DNA of 55,115 nucleotides from Spirochaetia bacterium (GTDB taxonomy: Bacteria > Spirochaetota > Spirochaetia > CADAEX01), in assembly GCA_963662265.2 (NCBI GenBank), contig CAXXHA010000018.1, forward strand, positions 1-55,115. Reading direction: 5' to 3'. Of the stretch, positions 1-9,153 are shown piece after piece. Every line of letters begins with the position of its first letter. Within the stretch, counting starts at the first letter, position 1. Under the pieces are notes generated by a model. The model saw only the letters and a program-made list of their open reading frames with translations. It ran no database searches and was not told the origin of the DNA. The translations under genes and the position numbers were made by a program.

Positions 1-748
1 CAAGACCGCCAGTGATGTAGAGAGTACCTGTTATAAGAGTACCAACGAGCATAGCTGCAGGAATTCTTTTTTCAGGTTCAATTGTTTCTTCAGCAGCAGG
101 AAGGATTGTTACAAATCCAACATAGCAGTAAACACCGAAGAAGATAGCTGTCATCCAGTCTGTGAAACTGATAGTTTCTTTGAGTACTGTCCAGTAAGTT
201 ACATCAGCTTTTCCAGAGAAAAGAACTGAAAGAGGTACAGCTACAAGACATGACCACATTATAATACCGAGGACTGACTGTGTTTTTGATGTCATTACAA
301 CACCCATGAGGTTGATAATGATAAAAATTACAGTAACAATAAGTCCCCACCAGTAATAGTGGATCTGTGGAAGGAAGTAATAGATATATCTTCCGAGTGC
401 CATAAGCTCTGCTCCGTCGATTGCGATCATACCGAGCCAGAGAGCTACAGCTGTTAAGAAACCTAAAGTGTCACTACCGATAATTTTTCTGGCATAAGTA
501 GTTACACTTCCGGCTGATGGATAACTTGAAGCAACAGTTGCAGTAGCTAACATAGCTATAATTTCTGCAGCCATACCGATTGCATAGCACCATATCAGGT
601 TAAAACTACCAACACTTGCTACAATGTCTCCGCTCATCATAAGGAAACCAACGCCTGTTACAGTACCGCTGGCAAGAGCAACAAGACCGATAAAACTGAT
701 TCCTTTTACCATCTGGTTGCCTTCGTTCATTGGGGTGGCATCTGCCAT
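1..748 (-). CDS. APC-family amino acid permease (partial, runs off the left edge)
   Basis: Not in the ORF track. I translated it by hand from ATG 748 (RBS AGGAGG upstream): MADATPMNEGNQMVKGISFIGLVALASGTVTGVGFLMM...YPSAGSVTTYARK...YVGFVTILPAAEETIEPEKRIP. It has many TM segments plus the APC motifs P-x-A-G and (A)EE-x-x-x-P. Confidence 0.88.
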   Translation of the reverse strand, partial: MADATPMNEGNQMVKGISFIGLVALASGTVTGVGFLMMSGDIVASVGSFNLIWCYAIGMAAEIIAMLATATVASSYPSAGSVTTYARKIIGSDTLGFLTAVALWLGMIAIDGAELMALGRYIYYFLPQIHYYWWGLIVTVIFIIINLMGVVMTSKTQSVLGIIMWSCLVAVPLSVLFSGKADVTYWTVLKETISFTDWMTAIFFGVYCYVGFVTILPAAEETIEPEKRIPAAMLVGTLITGTLYITGGL

Positions 749-1238
749 AAGACTCCTCCTAAAAAAATAATAACTATATAAAATCCTGCGGCAAAACAGG
801 ATAAATATATCATTTTAAATTACTGAAACTGGAAAATTTTTTAAATTATATAGGAGATGATGTTCAAATATTAAAGAAAAGCATTTAAAAACATTATTGT
901 TCATATTGTTCACGAATAATAATATTATGTTAACCTATTATTTTCATTTGTCAAGATTTTTTTTTATATGACATTTATTAAGTAGTTTTTAACAGACAGA
1001 GTCGCTATTATAACAGATATTTAATAAAAGGGAAAAATATTTTGTTCATATTGTAAAATGGGGTTATATTGTTTGTGCTGTCTGCAGTACAGGTGCAGGA
1101 ATTTGATATTGAATGAAACAGTATGAAAATTAACATATTGTTTTAAATCATAATCTTGCTAAACTGATGCTTGTAGTGTATAATGAGGTAGTCATGTACA
1201 TATGTAGACAGGTATATATATGTATAAGGAGGCTTTCT

Positions 1239-1418
1239 ATGACTAAAAAAAGAGCATTGACTGCGGGAATCATCGGCGGAGGTATAGGCGGTATTGTGGG
1301 AGCTTATATCGGGAACAGTCATGGGCTTGCTCTTGGTTACAGTCCATATTTTATTGCTTTTATGACCGGGCTATGTGCAATAGCTTTTGCAATTCTTATC
1401 AGCAAGGTGATCAGGTAA
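1239..1418 (+). CDS. Small (59 aa) glycine-zipper membrane protein
   Basis: RBS AGGAGG lies before ATG 1239. MTKKRALTAGIIGGGIGGIVGAYIG... has two hydrophobic helices with GxxxG repeats. Confidence 0.7.
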   Translation: MTKKRALTAGIIGGGIGGIVGAYIGNSHGLALGYSPYFIAFMTGLCAIAFAILISKVIR

Positions 1419-1424
1419 GTATAT

Positions 1425-1844
1425 ATGTTAAAGATTAAGAATTTACTTCTGCTGATTGTACTTTCTGTTTTTCTTTTTACAGGATGCCGGGATAAGGCAT
1501 ATCAGTCTGTTAAAAAAGCACCTGATTCTTTCAGAGAAATCATTGCAGAAGGGCTTACTGAAGATCTTAAAATCAAAAACTGTTTTTCTGTTCCTTCAAA
1601 AGATTATTCAGACAGTCATTATGTGGCTGGAGAAATATACGGTGGGAAAATGAGCGGTGATATTGTAGGTGTCTGGATCCTTGATAACTACAATAATCCG
1701 GAGAATGTTTTAAGTGTTGATCAGACTGCAATTGCATTTTCAGTTTACAAGGCGGCAAAGCATGATAAACCGGATGCAAGAATTACAAATGTAAAAGAAG
1801 CAAGAATACTTAAAAAATATATAGAAAGAAAATATTACAAATAG
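1425..1844 (+). CDS. Hypothetical lipoprotein
   Basis: Signal peptide ends in a lipobox (LFTG-C); starts 6 nt after the upstream gene. Confidence 0.75.
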   Translation: MLKIKNLLLLIVLSVFLFTGCRDKAYQSVKKAPDSFREIIAEGLTEDLKIKNCFSVPSKDYSDSHYVAGEIYGGKMSGDIVGVWILDNYNNPENVLSVDQTAIAFSVYKAAKHDKPDARITNVKEARILKKYIERKYYK

Positions 1845-2069
1845 TTGAGGCAACAGTTCCCGGATAATCTAATTAACCGGTAAATATATCAATTCGGATT
1901 TTCGGGTCCGGATTAAAAGTTGAATATCAGGACTGCTGATAACTGTACTGAGTACAGGAAAACATGTTCTGGTATAGATACTTACCCTGCAAAGGGTGAA
2001 ACAGCATTGAAAAGAGTTGCGGGAAGTTTTCGGTGCTATATTAAACTGAACTTTTATCAGGAGGGAAAA

Positions 2070-2516
2070 ATGAAAAAGGTGGCTATTGGATGCGATCCAA
2101 ATGCGGAAGATCAGAAACAGGAAATAATCAAGCTCCTTGGAGAACTTGGTTATGAAGTTGAGGATTACGGAAGCACAGATCCTATATATGCCAATGTTGC
2201 AATTGAACTGGCAGAAGCAGTTGCAGCAGGTAAGCATGAAAGGGGAATTCTCATGTGCGGTACAGGTATCGGTATGAGTATTGCAGCAAACAAAGTACAC
2301 GGCGCTTATGCTGCTCTCTGTACAGATGTTTACTCAACTCAGAGATCAATACTCAGTAATAATGCAAATATCATGTGTCTCGGAGCTTTCACTGTAGGTA
2401 TTTCCCATATGAAAGAACTGGTGAAGACATGGATGGCTTCTGAATGGGAAGTAGGCTGCAGATCTGAAGAAAAAGTAAAAGCATTCAGAGACTACGACGA
2501 AGCACATATTAAATAG
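2070..2516 (+). CDS. rpiB: RpiB/LacA/LacB family sugar(-phosphate) isomerase, DerI/SqwI-like variant
   Basis: MKKVAIGCD...GILMCGTGIGMSIAANKV...SNNANIMCLGA. RBS AGGAGG precedes ATG 2070; the ORF-track start at 1920 is too long. Confidence 0.9.
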   Translation: MKKVAIGCDPNAEDQKQEIIKLLGELGYEVEDYGSTDPIYANVAIELAEAVAAGKHERGILMCGTGIGMSIAANKVHGAYAALCTDVYSTQRSILSNNANIMCLGAFTVGISHMKELVKTWMASEWEVGCRSEEKVKAFRDYDEAHIK

Positions 2517-2528
2517 AAGGGGTAACTG

Positions 2529-3380
2529 ATGTATAAGCTTACAGATGCTGAAGAGCTGGATCTTAAGAAAAAAGCAGTTCAGCTCCGGAAAAATGTTGTT
2601 GAAATTATTAAAGCAGGTTCAGCAGGTCATATCGGCGGTGCGCTTTCCGCTACTGAGCTTATGACTGCTTTATATTATAAAGTTTTAAAAAATGTGGATC
2701 CCAAGAATCCTCTGAGACCTGACAGGGACAGATTTTTAATGTCTGCCGGTCATAAATGCCTTATTGTATATGCTGTTCTCGGAGAACTCGGATTTTTCGA
2801 TAAAGAACTTTTCAAGACATATTTTTCACTTAAATCAAAACTTCCGGGACATCCCGACATGCATAAGCTTCCGGGAATTGAAAGTAATACAGGTTCTCTC
2901 GGACACGGACTTCCAATTTCAGTAGGTATGGCTCTTGGTCTTAAAATGGATAACAGCGATGCCAAAGTCTACACAATCATGGGGGACGGAGAGCTTGGAG
3001 AAGGTACTAACTGGGAAGCAGCAGCTGCTGCAAGCCACCACAAGGCAGATAACCTTGTAGTTATGGTTGACAGAAATAAATTCCAGCTCGGCGGTCTTAC
3101 AAACGATGTAATGAATTTCGAGCCTCTTGCTGACAAGTGGGAAGCTTTCGGATGGAGTGTAAGGTCAATTGACGGACATAACCTTAAAGAAGTTGTTGAT
3201 ACACTCACAGATGCGCCTTTTGAAAAGGGTAAACCATCAATGATAATTGCAAACACTATCAAGGCTAAAGATATTTCATTCCTTCAGGATACAAAGGGAT
3301 CACATTACTGGAAAGTTAATGCTGAGCAGATCAAACAGGCCGAAGACGAATTAGATGCAATTGCAAAGGAGCTTGAATAA
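2529..3380 (+). CDS. tkt: Transketolase, N-terminal (ThDP-binding) subunit
   Basis: GHIGG, DRFLMSAGH, LPGHP, TGSLGHG and GDGE...N ThDP motifs. Confidence 0.93.
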   Translation: MYKLTDAEELDLKKKAVQLRKNVVEIIKAGSAGHIGGALSATELMTALYYKVLKNVDPKNPLRPDRDRFLMSAGHKCLIVYAVLGELGFFDKELFKTYFSLKSKLPGHPDMHKLPGIESNTGSLGHGLPISVGMALGLKMDNSDAKVYTIMGDGELGEGTNWEAAAAASHHKADNLVVMVDRNKFQLGGLTNDVMNFEPLADKWEAFGWSVRSIDGHNLKEVVDTLTDAPFEKGKPSMIIANTIKAKDISFLQDTKGSHYWKVNAEQIKQAEDELDAIAKELE

Positions 3381-4315
3381 TGAGTGATAAAAAAGACCCA
3401 AGAGTAACCTTTGGTGAAGCACTTGCGCTTGCAGGGGAAAAGAATGATAAAGTTGTAGCTGTATCTGCAGACTCATCAAGCGGTTCTCAGATGACTATGT
3501 TTAAAGACAAATATCCTGAAAGACACCTCGAGTTCGGCATCATGGAGCCCGGTATTACAGGTATCTGCGCCGGTCTTGCAACAACAGGGAAAATTCCTGT
3601 ATTTGCAACAATTGCTCCTTTTGTAACAGGCCGAAACTATGACCAGATGAAAGTTGATCTCGGCTACATGAAGCAGAATGTGAAGGTTGTAGGCCGATGT
3701 GCAGGTCTCTCATATTTTCATCTCGGCCCGACACACCAGTCTCTCGAAGATGTTGCTCTCATGAGAACAATTCCGGGTATGACTATCCTGAATCCCGGCG
3801 ATCCTGTTGAAATAGAAGCGGCAGTGCTTGCAATGGTAGAGCATGACGGTCCTGTTTACATGAAAATTGGTGCTGTTGCAATGCCTTACCTTTTTGATAA
3901 ATCAAACTACAAGTTTGAAATCGGAAAAGGTATTGAAATGAAATCAGGTTCTGATATCACAATAATCGGAACAGGAACTGTACTTTCAAGGGCAGCAGAA
4001 GCAGCTGATATTCTTGAAAAAGAGGGTGTAAGTGTAAGACTCATAAATATTCATACACTTAAACCACTTGATAAAGATATAATTCTTAAGGCGGCAAAAG
4101 AGACAGGTAAGATCGTGACTGTTGAAGAACATTATTCACAGGGAGGACTCGGCGGCGCTGTTGCTGAACTCCTTGCAACAGAATGTCCTACAAAAATGAA
4201 AATGATCGGTGTTGATGATCAGTTCGGTAGTAATGGTCCTTACGAAGAACTGATAGGTCTCTATGGACTTCTCGGTCCTCAGATCGCTGAAACATGCAGA
4301 GAAATGCTTAAATAG
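3380..4315 (+). CDS. tkt: Transketolase, C-terminal (pyrimidine-binding) subunit
   Basis: EFGIME, GPTHQS and TVEEH...GGLG motifs; TAATG overlap with the upstream subunit. Confidence 0.93.
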   Translation: MSDKKDPRVTFGEALALAGEKNDKVVAVSADSSSGSQMTMFKDKYPERHLEFGIMEPGITGICAGLATTGKIPVFATIAPFVTGRNYDQMKVDLGYMKQNVKVVGRCAGLSYFHLGPTHQSLEDVALMRTIPGMTILNPGDPVEIEAAVLAMVEHDGPVYMKIGAVAMPYLFDKSNYKFEIGKGIEMKSGSDITIIGTGTVLSRAAEAADILEKEGVSVRLINIHTLKPLDKDIILKAAKETGKIVTVEEHYSQGGLGGAVAELLATECPTKMKMIGVDDQFGSNGPYEELIGLYGLLGPQIAETCREMLK

Positions 4316-4382
4316 TGAGCTTTAATATTACCCGTTCCGGTGGGTGCGGGTTTTATGTATTTTTTATAACATTTCTATCAGT

Positions 4383-4420
4383 AGGCTGTACAGTTTTTTA
4401 ACTGGGCAGCCTTTCTTTTT
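4383..4420 (+). terminator. Probable Rho-independent terminator of the rpiB-tkt operon
   Basis: aggctgtacagtt...aactgggcagcct hairpin followed by a T-rich tract. Confidence 0.6.
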
Positions 4421-4466
4421 ATTTAAAACCGCTTTCACTTATTGAAGATAATATTTGATAACCTTC

Positions 4467-4495
4467 TTGACTTACATTAGAATTCAGACTATAAA
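4467..4495 (+). promoter_or_regulatory. Sigma70-type promoter with no downstream ORF
   Basis: TTGACT (4467-4472), 17 bp spacer, TATAAA (4490-4495). Confidence 0.5.
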
Positions 4496-4500
4496 AAAAT

Positions 4501-4572
4501 GCCTTTCAGTTTGAAAGGCATTAGGTTTGCTTGCAGGGGCACTGTTCGTTGAACAGTGCTCCTGCTTTTTTT
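4501..4572 (+). ncRNA. Candidate ~72-nt small RNA
   Basis: Promoter immediately upstream. 5' hairpin gcctttca-gtt-tgaaaggc, a 13-nt single-stranded linker, then a 15-bp terminator stem gcaggggcactgttc/gaacagtgctcctgc with T7. Confidence 0.4.
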
Positions 4573-4671
4573 ATACATTATGAATTTATCAATCCTGTAG
4601 ATTTTCTTCTGATCCAGTTCCCTTAGGTTTTTTCAGAACTTGACAGGATTACTTGTACTGAACTTCCGAAC

Positions 4672-5406
4672 TCAGAAAATACCTGTGAATGGTTTTCTGA
4701 ATGATGCACCATAGAAATAATTTATCAGTGTTGTGAAGTCAAAAACCGGTTTTTTCGTAACCTCCTGCACTGCATGCGCATATGGGGGCAGGTTTGAGCA
4801 TTCAAGCACTATGGAACTTATTTCAGGGTGTGATTGTATAAGCTCCGATGCAGTTTCCCTCATTTCAGCTTCTATTTTTTCATAATCAAGTTCAGGTTCT
4901 TCATCAAGAATCGGTGATCTGAAAAAGGGTTTTTCCTCAAGTCCCCTTATAACAACACAGTCTTTGTTTTTTACCCCTGCCGCATCAAGAAGATCGGGAG
5001 TGAGTCTTTTCCTGTTTGCGCATATGATTCCTATTTTCTGGTCTTTTCCAATTGTCCTTTCCAGGAGCGGTACCTGGATTAGAGTTGACATTATAACTGG
5101 TATCGAAAGTTCAGCTGCAACCTGCCTCTGAAAATGAATCATATAGCCGCAGTCACTTGTGATTGCCCTTACTCCCGTCTTTTCAAGTTCTTTTGCTGTC
5201 TCAATCACTTTTTCTGTAAGGGAAAGATCTCCCTGTTCTATCAGACGTTCCAGGGTTACCCCCGGAACTGTCTTATATATTACAGGGTAGTCATAGGTTG
5301 ATGCATTGCCGACATCACCCGGGATAAAAGGGGTGCTGGCATCTATCAGGAGTATCCCAATGGCATGGCCGTAGCTTTCAACGCCGCGTCTTACTCTGTA
5401 AATCAT
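4672..5406 (-). CDS. Aspartate/glutamate/hydantoin racemase family protein
   Basis: GILLID..TPFIPGDVGNASTYDYPV N-terminus; paired Cys motifs TSDCG and LECSNLPPY. Confidence 0.8.
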   Translation of the reverse strand: MIYRVRRGVESYGHAIGILLIDASTPFIPGDVGNASTYDYPVIYKTVPGVTLERLIEQGDLSLTEKVIETAKELEKTGVRAITSDCGYMIHFQRQVAAELSIPVIMSTLIQVPLLERTIGKDQKIGIICANRKRLTPDLLDAAGVKNKDCVVIRGLEEKPFFRSPILDEEPELDYEKIEAEMRETASELIQSHPEISSIVLECSNLPPYAHAVQEVTKKPVFDFTTLINYFYGASFRKPFTGIF

Positions 5407-5407
5407 T

Positions 5408-6496
5408 TTATCTCTGTCCTGTTACCATGTAATTCTGAAACTGCTCTTTTGAAAGCCCTTCAATACCCATATCATCAAGTGTTCGTCCTGTATTCCAGGA
5501 ATCAATCTGAATTACAGTACTTGCGATAGTTGCAAAGGAATCAATAAGAGGTGTTTTTACTCCTGCCAGGCCTGCGATCATTGACCATGGAACGAGTCCG
5601 TTAGGGGTGTCCTCTGTAAAATACCTGCTCTGTACGCTTTCAGGGCCTTTTATAAAGCAAAGTCCCCTGTTCCCGTTCACCTCTTTCCAGAGATCTCCCG
5701 GATTATCGAGTCCTGAGAGAGCCTGGGTAAGTGTAAGGGGATTGTAGCCGTATGCATATCCGATAGCCATTCTTTCCTTGTCCATTTCCTCTGTCACTCG
5801 GCATACTGTGGGGCTGAATCCCTCTTCGTAGAGATAGAATTCTCCGAAAACTTTTTCCATTCTGCCTGTATTCATTATACAGCCGGGAGTATGGAGAATC
5901 GGATTATGGCTGTGAAGCGCACATTCAAGAACATCTTTCACCGGTGTGAAATTATATGTTCCTTCAAGTATTTTTACAGCTTCGTCTGTTCTTTTTGCAG
6001 GGAATACTCCGAGAAGCAGAGGATCGTTCATCTTGTATACATATACTTCGCCGGGGGCAAGAACTCTTGTATCATAGGGGAGGGTGTTTGTTTCTGCAAG
6101 TATGACCTTGTCAAGCACACCCTTTTCCCTGAATATTCTTGCGGTTACAAGAGTTCCCAGAGTTCCCGGCAGAAGAGCAATAACCTGCCCCTCTTCAACA
6201 TGATCTGCTAATTCTTCTGCCATTTTTCTGTGGACAAAAGCCGGCACTGTGTAGAAGATAATGTCTGCTCCTTTTACCGCTTCTGAGAGATCTGTTGTTA
6301 CTGTCGGGATTTTAATGGTTGCTGTGCTTCTCTCGGCACCTGATATTTTAATTTCTTTTGTGTCGTAGACCTTTTTAATGAGATTAACATATTCAGGGTC
6401 CTGATACAGTCGTACATTATACCCTTTTTCTGTCATTTCAGCTGCAGCTGCGTGTCCGCCGTGTCCTGCTCCGAGAATTGCTATAGTTTTTGACAT
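5408..6496 (-). CDS. NAD(P)-dependent opine (octopine/nopaline) dehydrogenase family protein
   Basis: Rossmann motif ILGAGHGG, ETNTLPY, N(P)ILH, FYLYEEG, D.ER and RYFTEDTPNGLVP. Confidence 0.9.
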   Translation of the reverse strand: MSKTIAILGAGHGGHAAAAEMTEKGYNVRLYQDPEYVNLIKKVYDTKEIKISGAERSTATIKIPTVTTDLSEAVKGADIIFYTVPAFVHRKMAEELADHVEEGQVIALLPGTLGTLVTARIFREKGVLDKVILAETNTLPYDTRVLAPGEVYVYKMNDPLLLGVFPAKRTDEAVKILEGTYNFTPVKDVLECALHSHNPILHTPGCIMNTGRMEKVFGEFYLYEEGFSPTVCRVTEEMDKERMAIGYAYGYNPLTLTQALSGLDNPGDLWKEVNGNRGLCFIKGPESVQSRYFTEDTPNGLVPWSMIAGLAGVKTPLIDSFATIASTVIQIDSWNTGRTLDDMGIEGLSKEQFQNYMVTGQR

Positions 6497-6522
6497 ATGT
6501 TTCCTCCTGAAGACCTTTATGT

Positions 6523-7170
6523 TCAGAGTCTGTCTTTGAATCTGTCTATGAATTTCTGAACATGGTCCTGTAATAATTTTCTTGTAAGCTTTTTATCCCT
6601 TGCTTCTATTGCGGCAATCATGTGTTCCCACTGAAGCAGCTGGTCCAGGTATTCCTTGCGTGTGAATGTAAGTGAAAACCAGTACCTCGAATCTATTGCC
6701 TGAAGCTCATGGATTATGCTGATTAATTTGCGATTGCCTGTTGCCTCATATAGGAGGTTGTGAAGTTCTGAATCATACATGAGAATATCTTCATCACTTC
6801 CATGCAATTCAATTTCCTTTACTTTTTGAAATATTTTTTTGAGTTTCTCTATATCCTGGTTGCTCATTTTTTCAACAGCAAGTTCACCGACTAAACCTTC
6901 GAGAGGTATTCTTATATCGGTTATCTCTTTAAGCTGTTTGAAATCCATAGGCGCAACAATTGTGCCTGATCTCGGGAATTTCTGAATCAATCCTTCATTT
7001 TGAAGCCTGATGAAAATCTCTCTCAAAGGGGTACGTCCGATTTTATACTCCTCCATGAGCGCTTTTTCACTTAAAACAGTTCCTGCTCCAAGATGATTCA
7101 TGATTATTCTGTATTTAAGGTTGTTATAAACATCCTCTTTCAAAGTTGTTCCTGTTTCCAGAGTTCCCAT
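6523..7170 (-). CDS. GntR family (FCD domain) transcriptional regulator
   Basis: wHTH (LSEKALMEEYKIGRTPLRE) plus an FCD domain (D.ELH...TGN...EH...H). Confidence 0.92.
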   Translation of the reverse strand: MGTLETGTTLKEDVYNNLKYRIIMNHLGAGTVLSEKALMEEYKIGRTPLREIFIRLQNEGLIQKFPRSGTIVAPMDFKQLKEITDIRIPLEGLVGELAVEKMSNQDIEKLKKIFQKVKEIELHGSDEDILMYDSELHNLLYEATGNRKLISIIHELQAIDSRYWFSLTFTRKEYLDQLLQWEHMIAAIEARDKKLTRKLLQDHVQKFIDRFKDRL

Positions 7171-7185
7171 ATTTTTCTCCTGCTG

Positions 7186-8490
7186 TTAAAATTTTATTCC
7201 AAGTATTACTGATGGCAGCCACTGCGACAGTACCGGCAGATATGTTGTGAATATAAGTGTCGGTAGCCATGCGAATGCCAGAATATAAAGTGTCGGGGTT
7301 AATGTTTCATGTGTTTTTGCTCCGTTAAGCTGTCCGCTCAGGTATAAAAGCGGCGCTGTGGGCGGAGTCACATTCCCCATACCGAGGTTTACCCCCACTA
7401 TTGCTGCAAAATGTATCGGAGTAATGCCCAGCTGAATGACAACCGGAAGCAGTATCGGTGTAGAAAGCAGAACTGCACTGACATCATCCATTAGCATACC
7501 GATGATTACCATGAAAATGTTGATAAGTATCATCAGTATATATTTATTGTCTGATATTGAAGTCAGGAAACTCATGATAAGCCCTGGAAGATCTTCCATT
7601 ATATACAGCCTGCTTAAAAGCATTATTGTATAAAGCATTATCATTATTGCCCCTGTTGTTATTGCAGATTCCTTCAGAGTTTCTGCAACCCCTTTCCATG
7701 TAAGTCCCCTGTAAATCAGGAACCCTATGGGAAGTGTATATATTACAGAAATAGCAGCAGCTTCAGTAGGTGTAACAAATCCTCCGTAGATCCCTCCCAG
7801 TACAAGAAGCGGCATTGTCAGGGCAGGAATACCTTTTCCTGTCCTTGACATCAGCTGCCTCTGAAACTCTTTTTTTTCCATCCTGGGTTCGAGTACGAGA
7901 TTTTTGTTGTTTCTAAGCAGGGCCATGTTTACTATGCACATTAGAATTGTCAGGATAATACCCGGAACAAAACTTGACAGAAAACATGCCAGTACAGATG
8001 TCTGGCCTACCCATGCATATAGAATCATTATCGAACTCGGGGGAATCAGCATTCCGAGTACAGACGCGTTTGCCATGATAGCGGCAGAATGACCGATTGG
8101 ATAGCCTGCTTTCTGAAGTCTCGGAAACATTATTGATCCTATTGCAGACAGTGTGGCGCATGCGCTTCCTGTGATTGAACCGAACACAGCGCATGACACT
8201 ATTGCAACAGCTCCAAGTCCCCCTTTTATTCTTCCTACAAAAAGTTCTACAAGAGATACAAGTTTATCTCCCACTTTTGACTTGTTGATCAGTCCCCCTG
8301 CAATTATGAAAAGAGGTATGGCAAGAATTACAATTGTATTCATCTTGCTGAAGCCGTAAGGGAGAAGGAAGCTCGGGTCATAACCGCCTGTAAAAATAAG
8401 AAATGTTACAGCTGTAAGAAAAGCGAATGGTACAGGTATTCCTATTACAAGTGCCATAACAAGGATTAAAAGCGATACTGTTGTAATCAT
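7186..8490 (-). CDS. dctM: TRAP transporter large permease
   Basis: LAIPLFIIAG, GGLG, LIPPSS, TPTEAA and TPP motifs; 434 aa, hydrophobic. Confidence 0.93.
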   Translation of the reverse strand: MITTVSLLILVMALVIGIPVPFAFLTAVTFLIFTGGYDPSFLLPYGFSKMNTIVILAIPLFIIAGGLINKSKVGDKLVSLVELFVGRIKGGLGAVAIVSCAVFGSITGSACATLSAIGSIMFPRLQKAGYPIGHSAAIMANASVLGMLIPPSSIMILYAWVGQTSVLACFLSSFVPGIILTILMCIVNMALLRNNKNLVLEPRMEKKEFQRQLMSRTGKGIPALTMPLLVLGGIYGGFVTPTEAAAISVIYTLPIGFLIYRGLTWKGVAETLKESAITTGAIMIMLYTIMLLSRLYIMEDLPGLIMSFLTSISDNKYILMILINIFMVIIGMLMDDVSAVLLSTPILLPVVIQLGITPIHFAAIVGVNLGMGNVTPPTAPLLYLSGQLNGAKTHETLTPTLYILAFAWLPTLIFTTYLPVLSQWLPSVILGIKF

Positions 8491-9005
8491 ACTTCGGCTC
8501 CTTCTGTGCTTTTCAGATGCTGTTTGAATTCTGCCACTTCCTTAACAAGCTGGAAAAAGAAGTAGAATGTCATCAGGACAAAGCCTATGAAAATAGCAGA
8601 ATGTCCATATACAAGCGGAATCAAAAGGGCTACTGATTTTCCCCCTTTCACCAGGCTCCAGTGGAAGAATTCCCATCCCCACCATGAGTAGAGCAGTGCA
8701 AGTATGAATGTTACTGTCAGGCTGAATATCTTGACAGAATACACAACTTTCCGGTTTTTGCAGAATGAACTGAATAATTCAGCTGTAATATGTTTTTTTG
8801 AATGTGTTGCATATACAGCACCGATAAAATACATCCAGAAAGCTGCAATTGTTATCAGTTCCTCAGCTCCGTACAGGTCTTTTTTGAAAAGATATCTGAG
8901 TATTGCTCCGGTACCTATCCCTATTGTTACAAATGAGCAGCTGGCAACAAGAATAATATTCTGCAACTTCTTGATGTTGAGATCGATTTTTTGTATTAAA
9001 GTCAT
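8487..9005 (-). CDS. dctQ: TRAP transporter small permease
   Basis: Four TM segments, RY...EEL...W..FIGA......HI motif; lies between dctP and dctM. Confidence 0.9.
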   Translation of the reverse strand: MTLIQKIDLNIKKLQNIILVASCSFVTIGIGTGAILRYLFKKDLYGAEELITIAAFWMYFIGAVYATHSKKHITAELFSSFCKNRKVVYSVKIFSLTVTFILALLYSWWGWEFFHWSLVKGGKSVALLIPLVYGHSAIFIGFVLMTFYFFFQLVKEVAEFKQHLKSTEGAEV

Positions 9006-9153
9006 TTGTCGCCTCCTGTTACATTGTTCTTCCGGTTGACCGGATACCCACCTGGATGCAGAGAACCTGAATACATCGGGTTGACGCTGATGGCAATATT
9101 TTGCTGAAGTTCAGCATTATTTGCATGATGTATCCGGTCCGGAAGAAGAAATA

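Noticed and set aside
2529-4315. Transketolase broken by a frameshift
   Set aside because: Both halves match the known two-subunit form, with a clean TAATG overlap and an internal RBS (AAGGAG).
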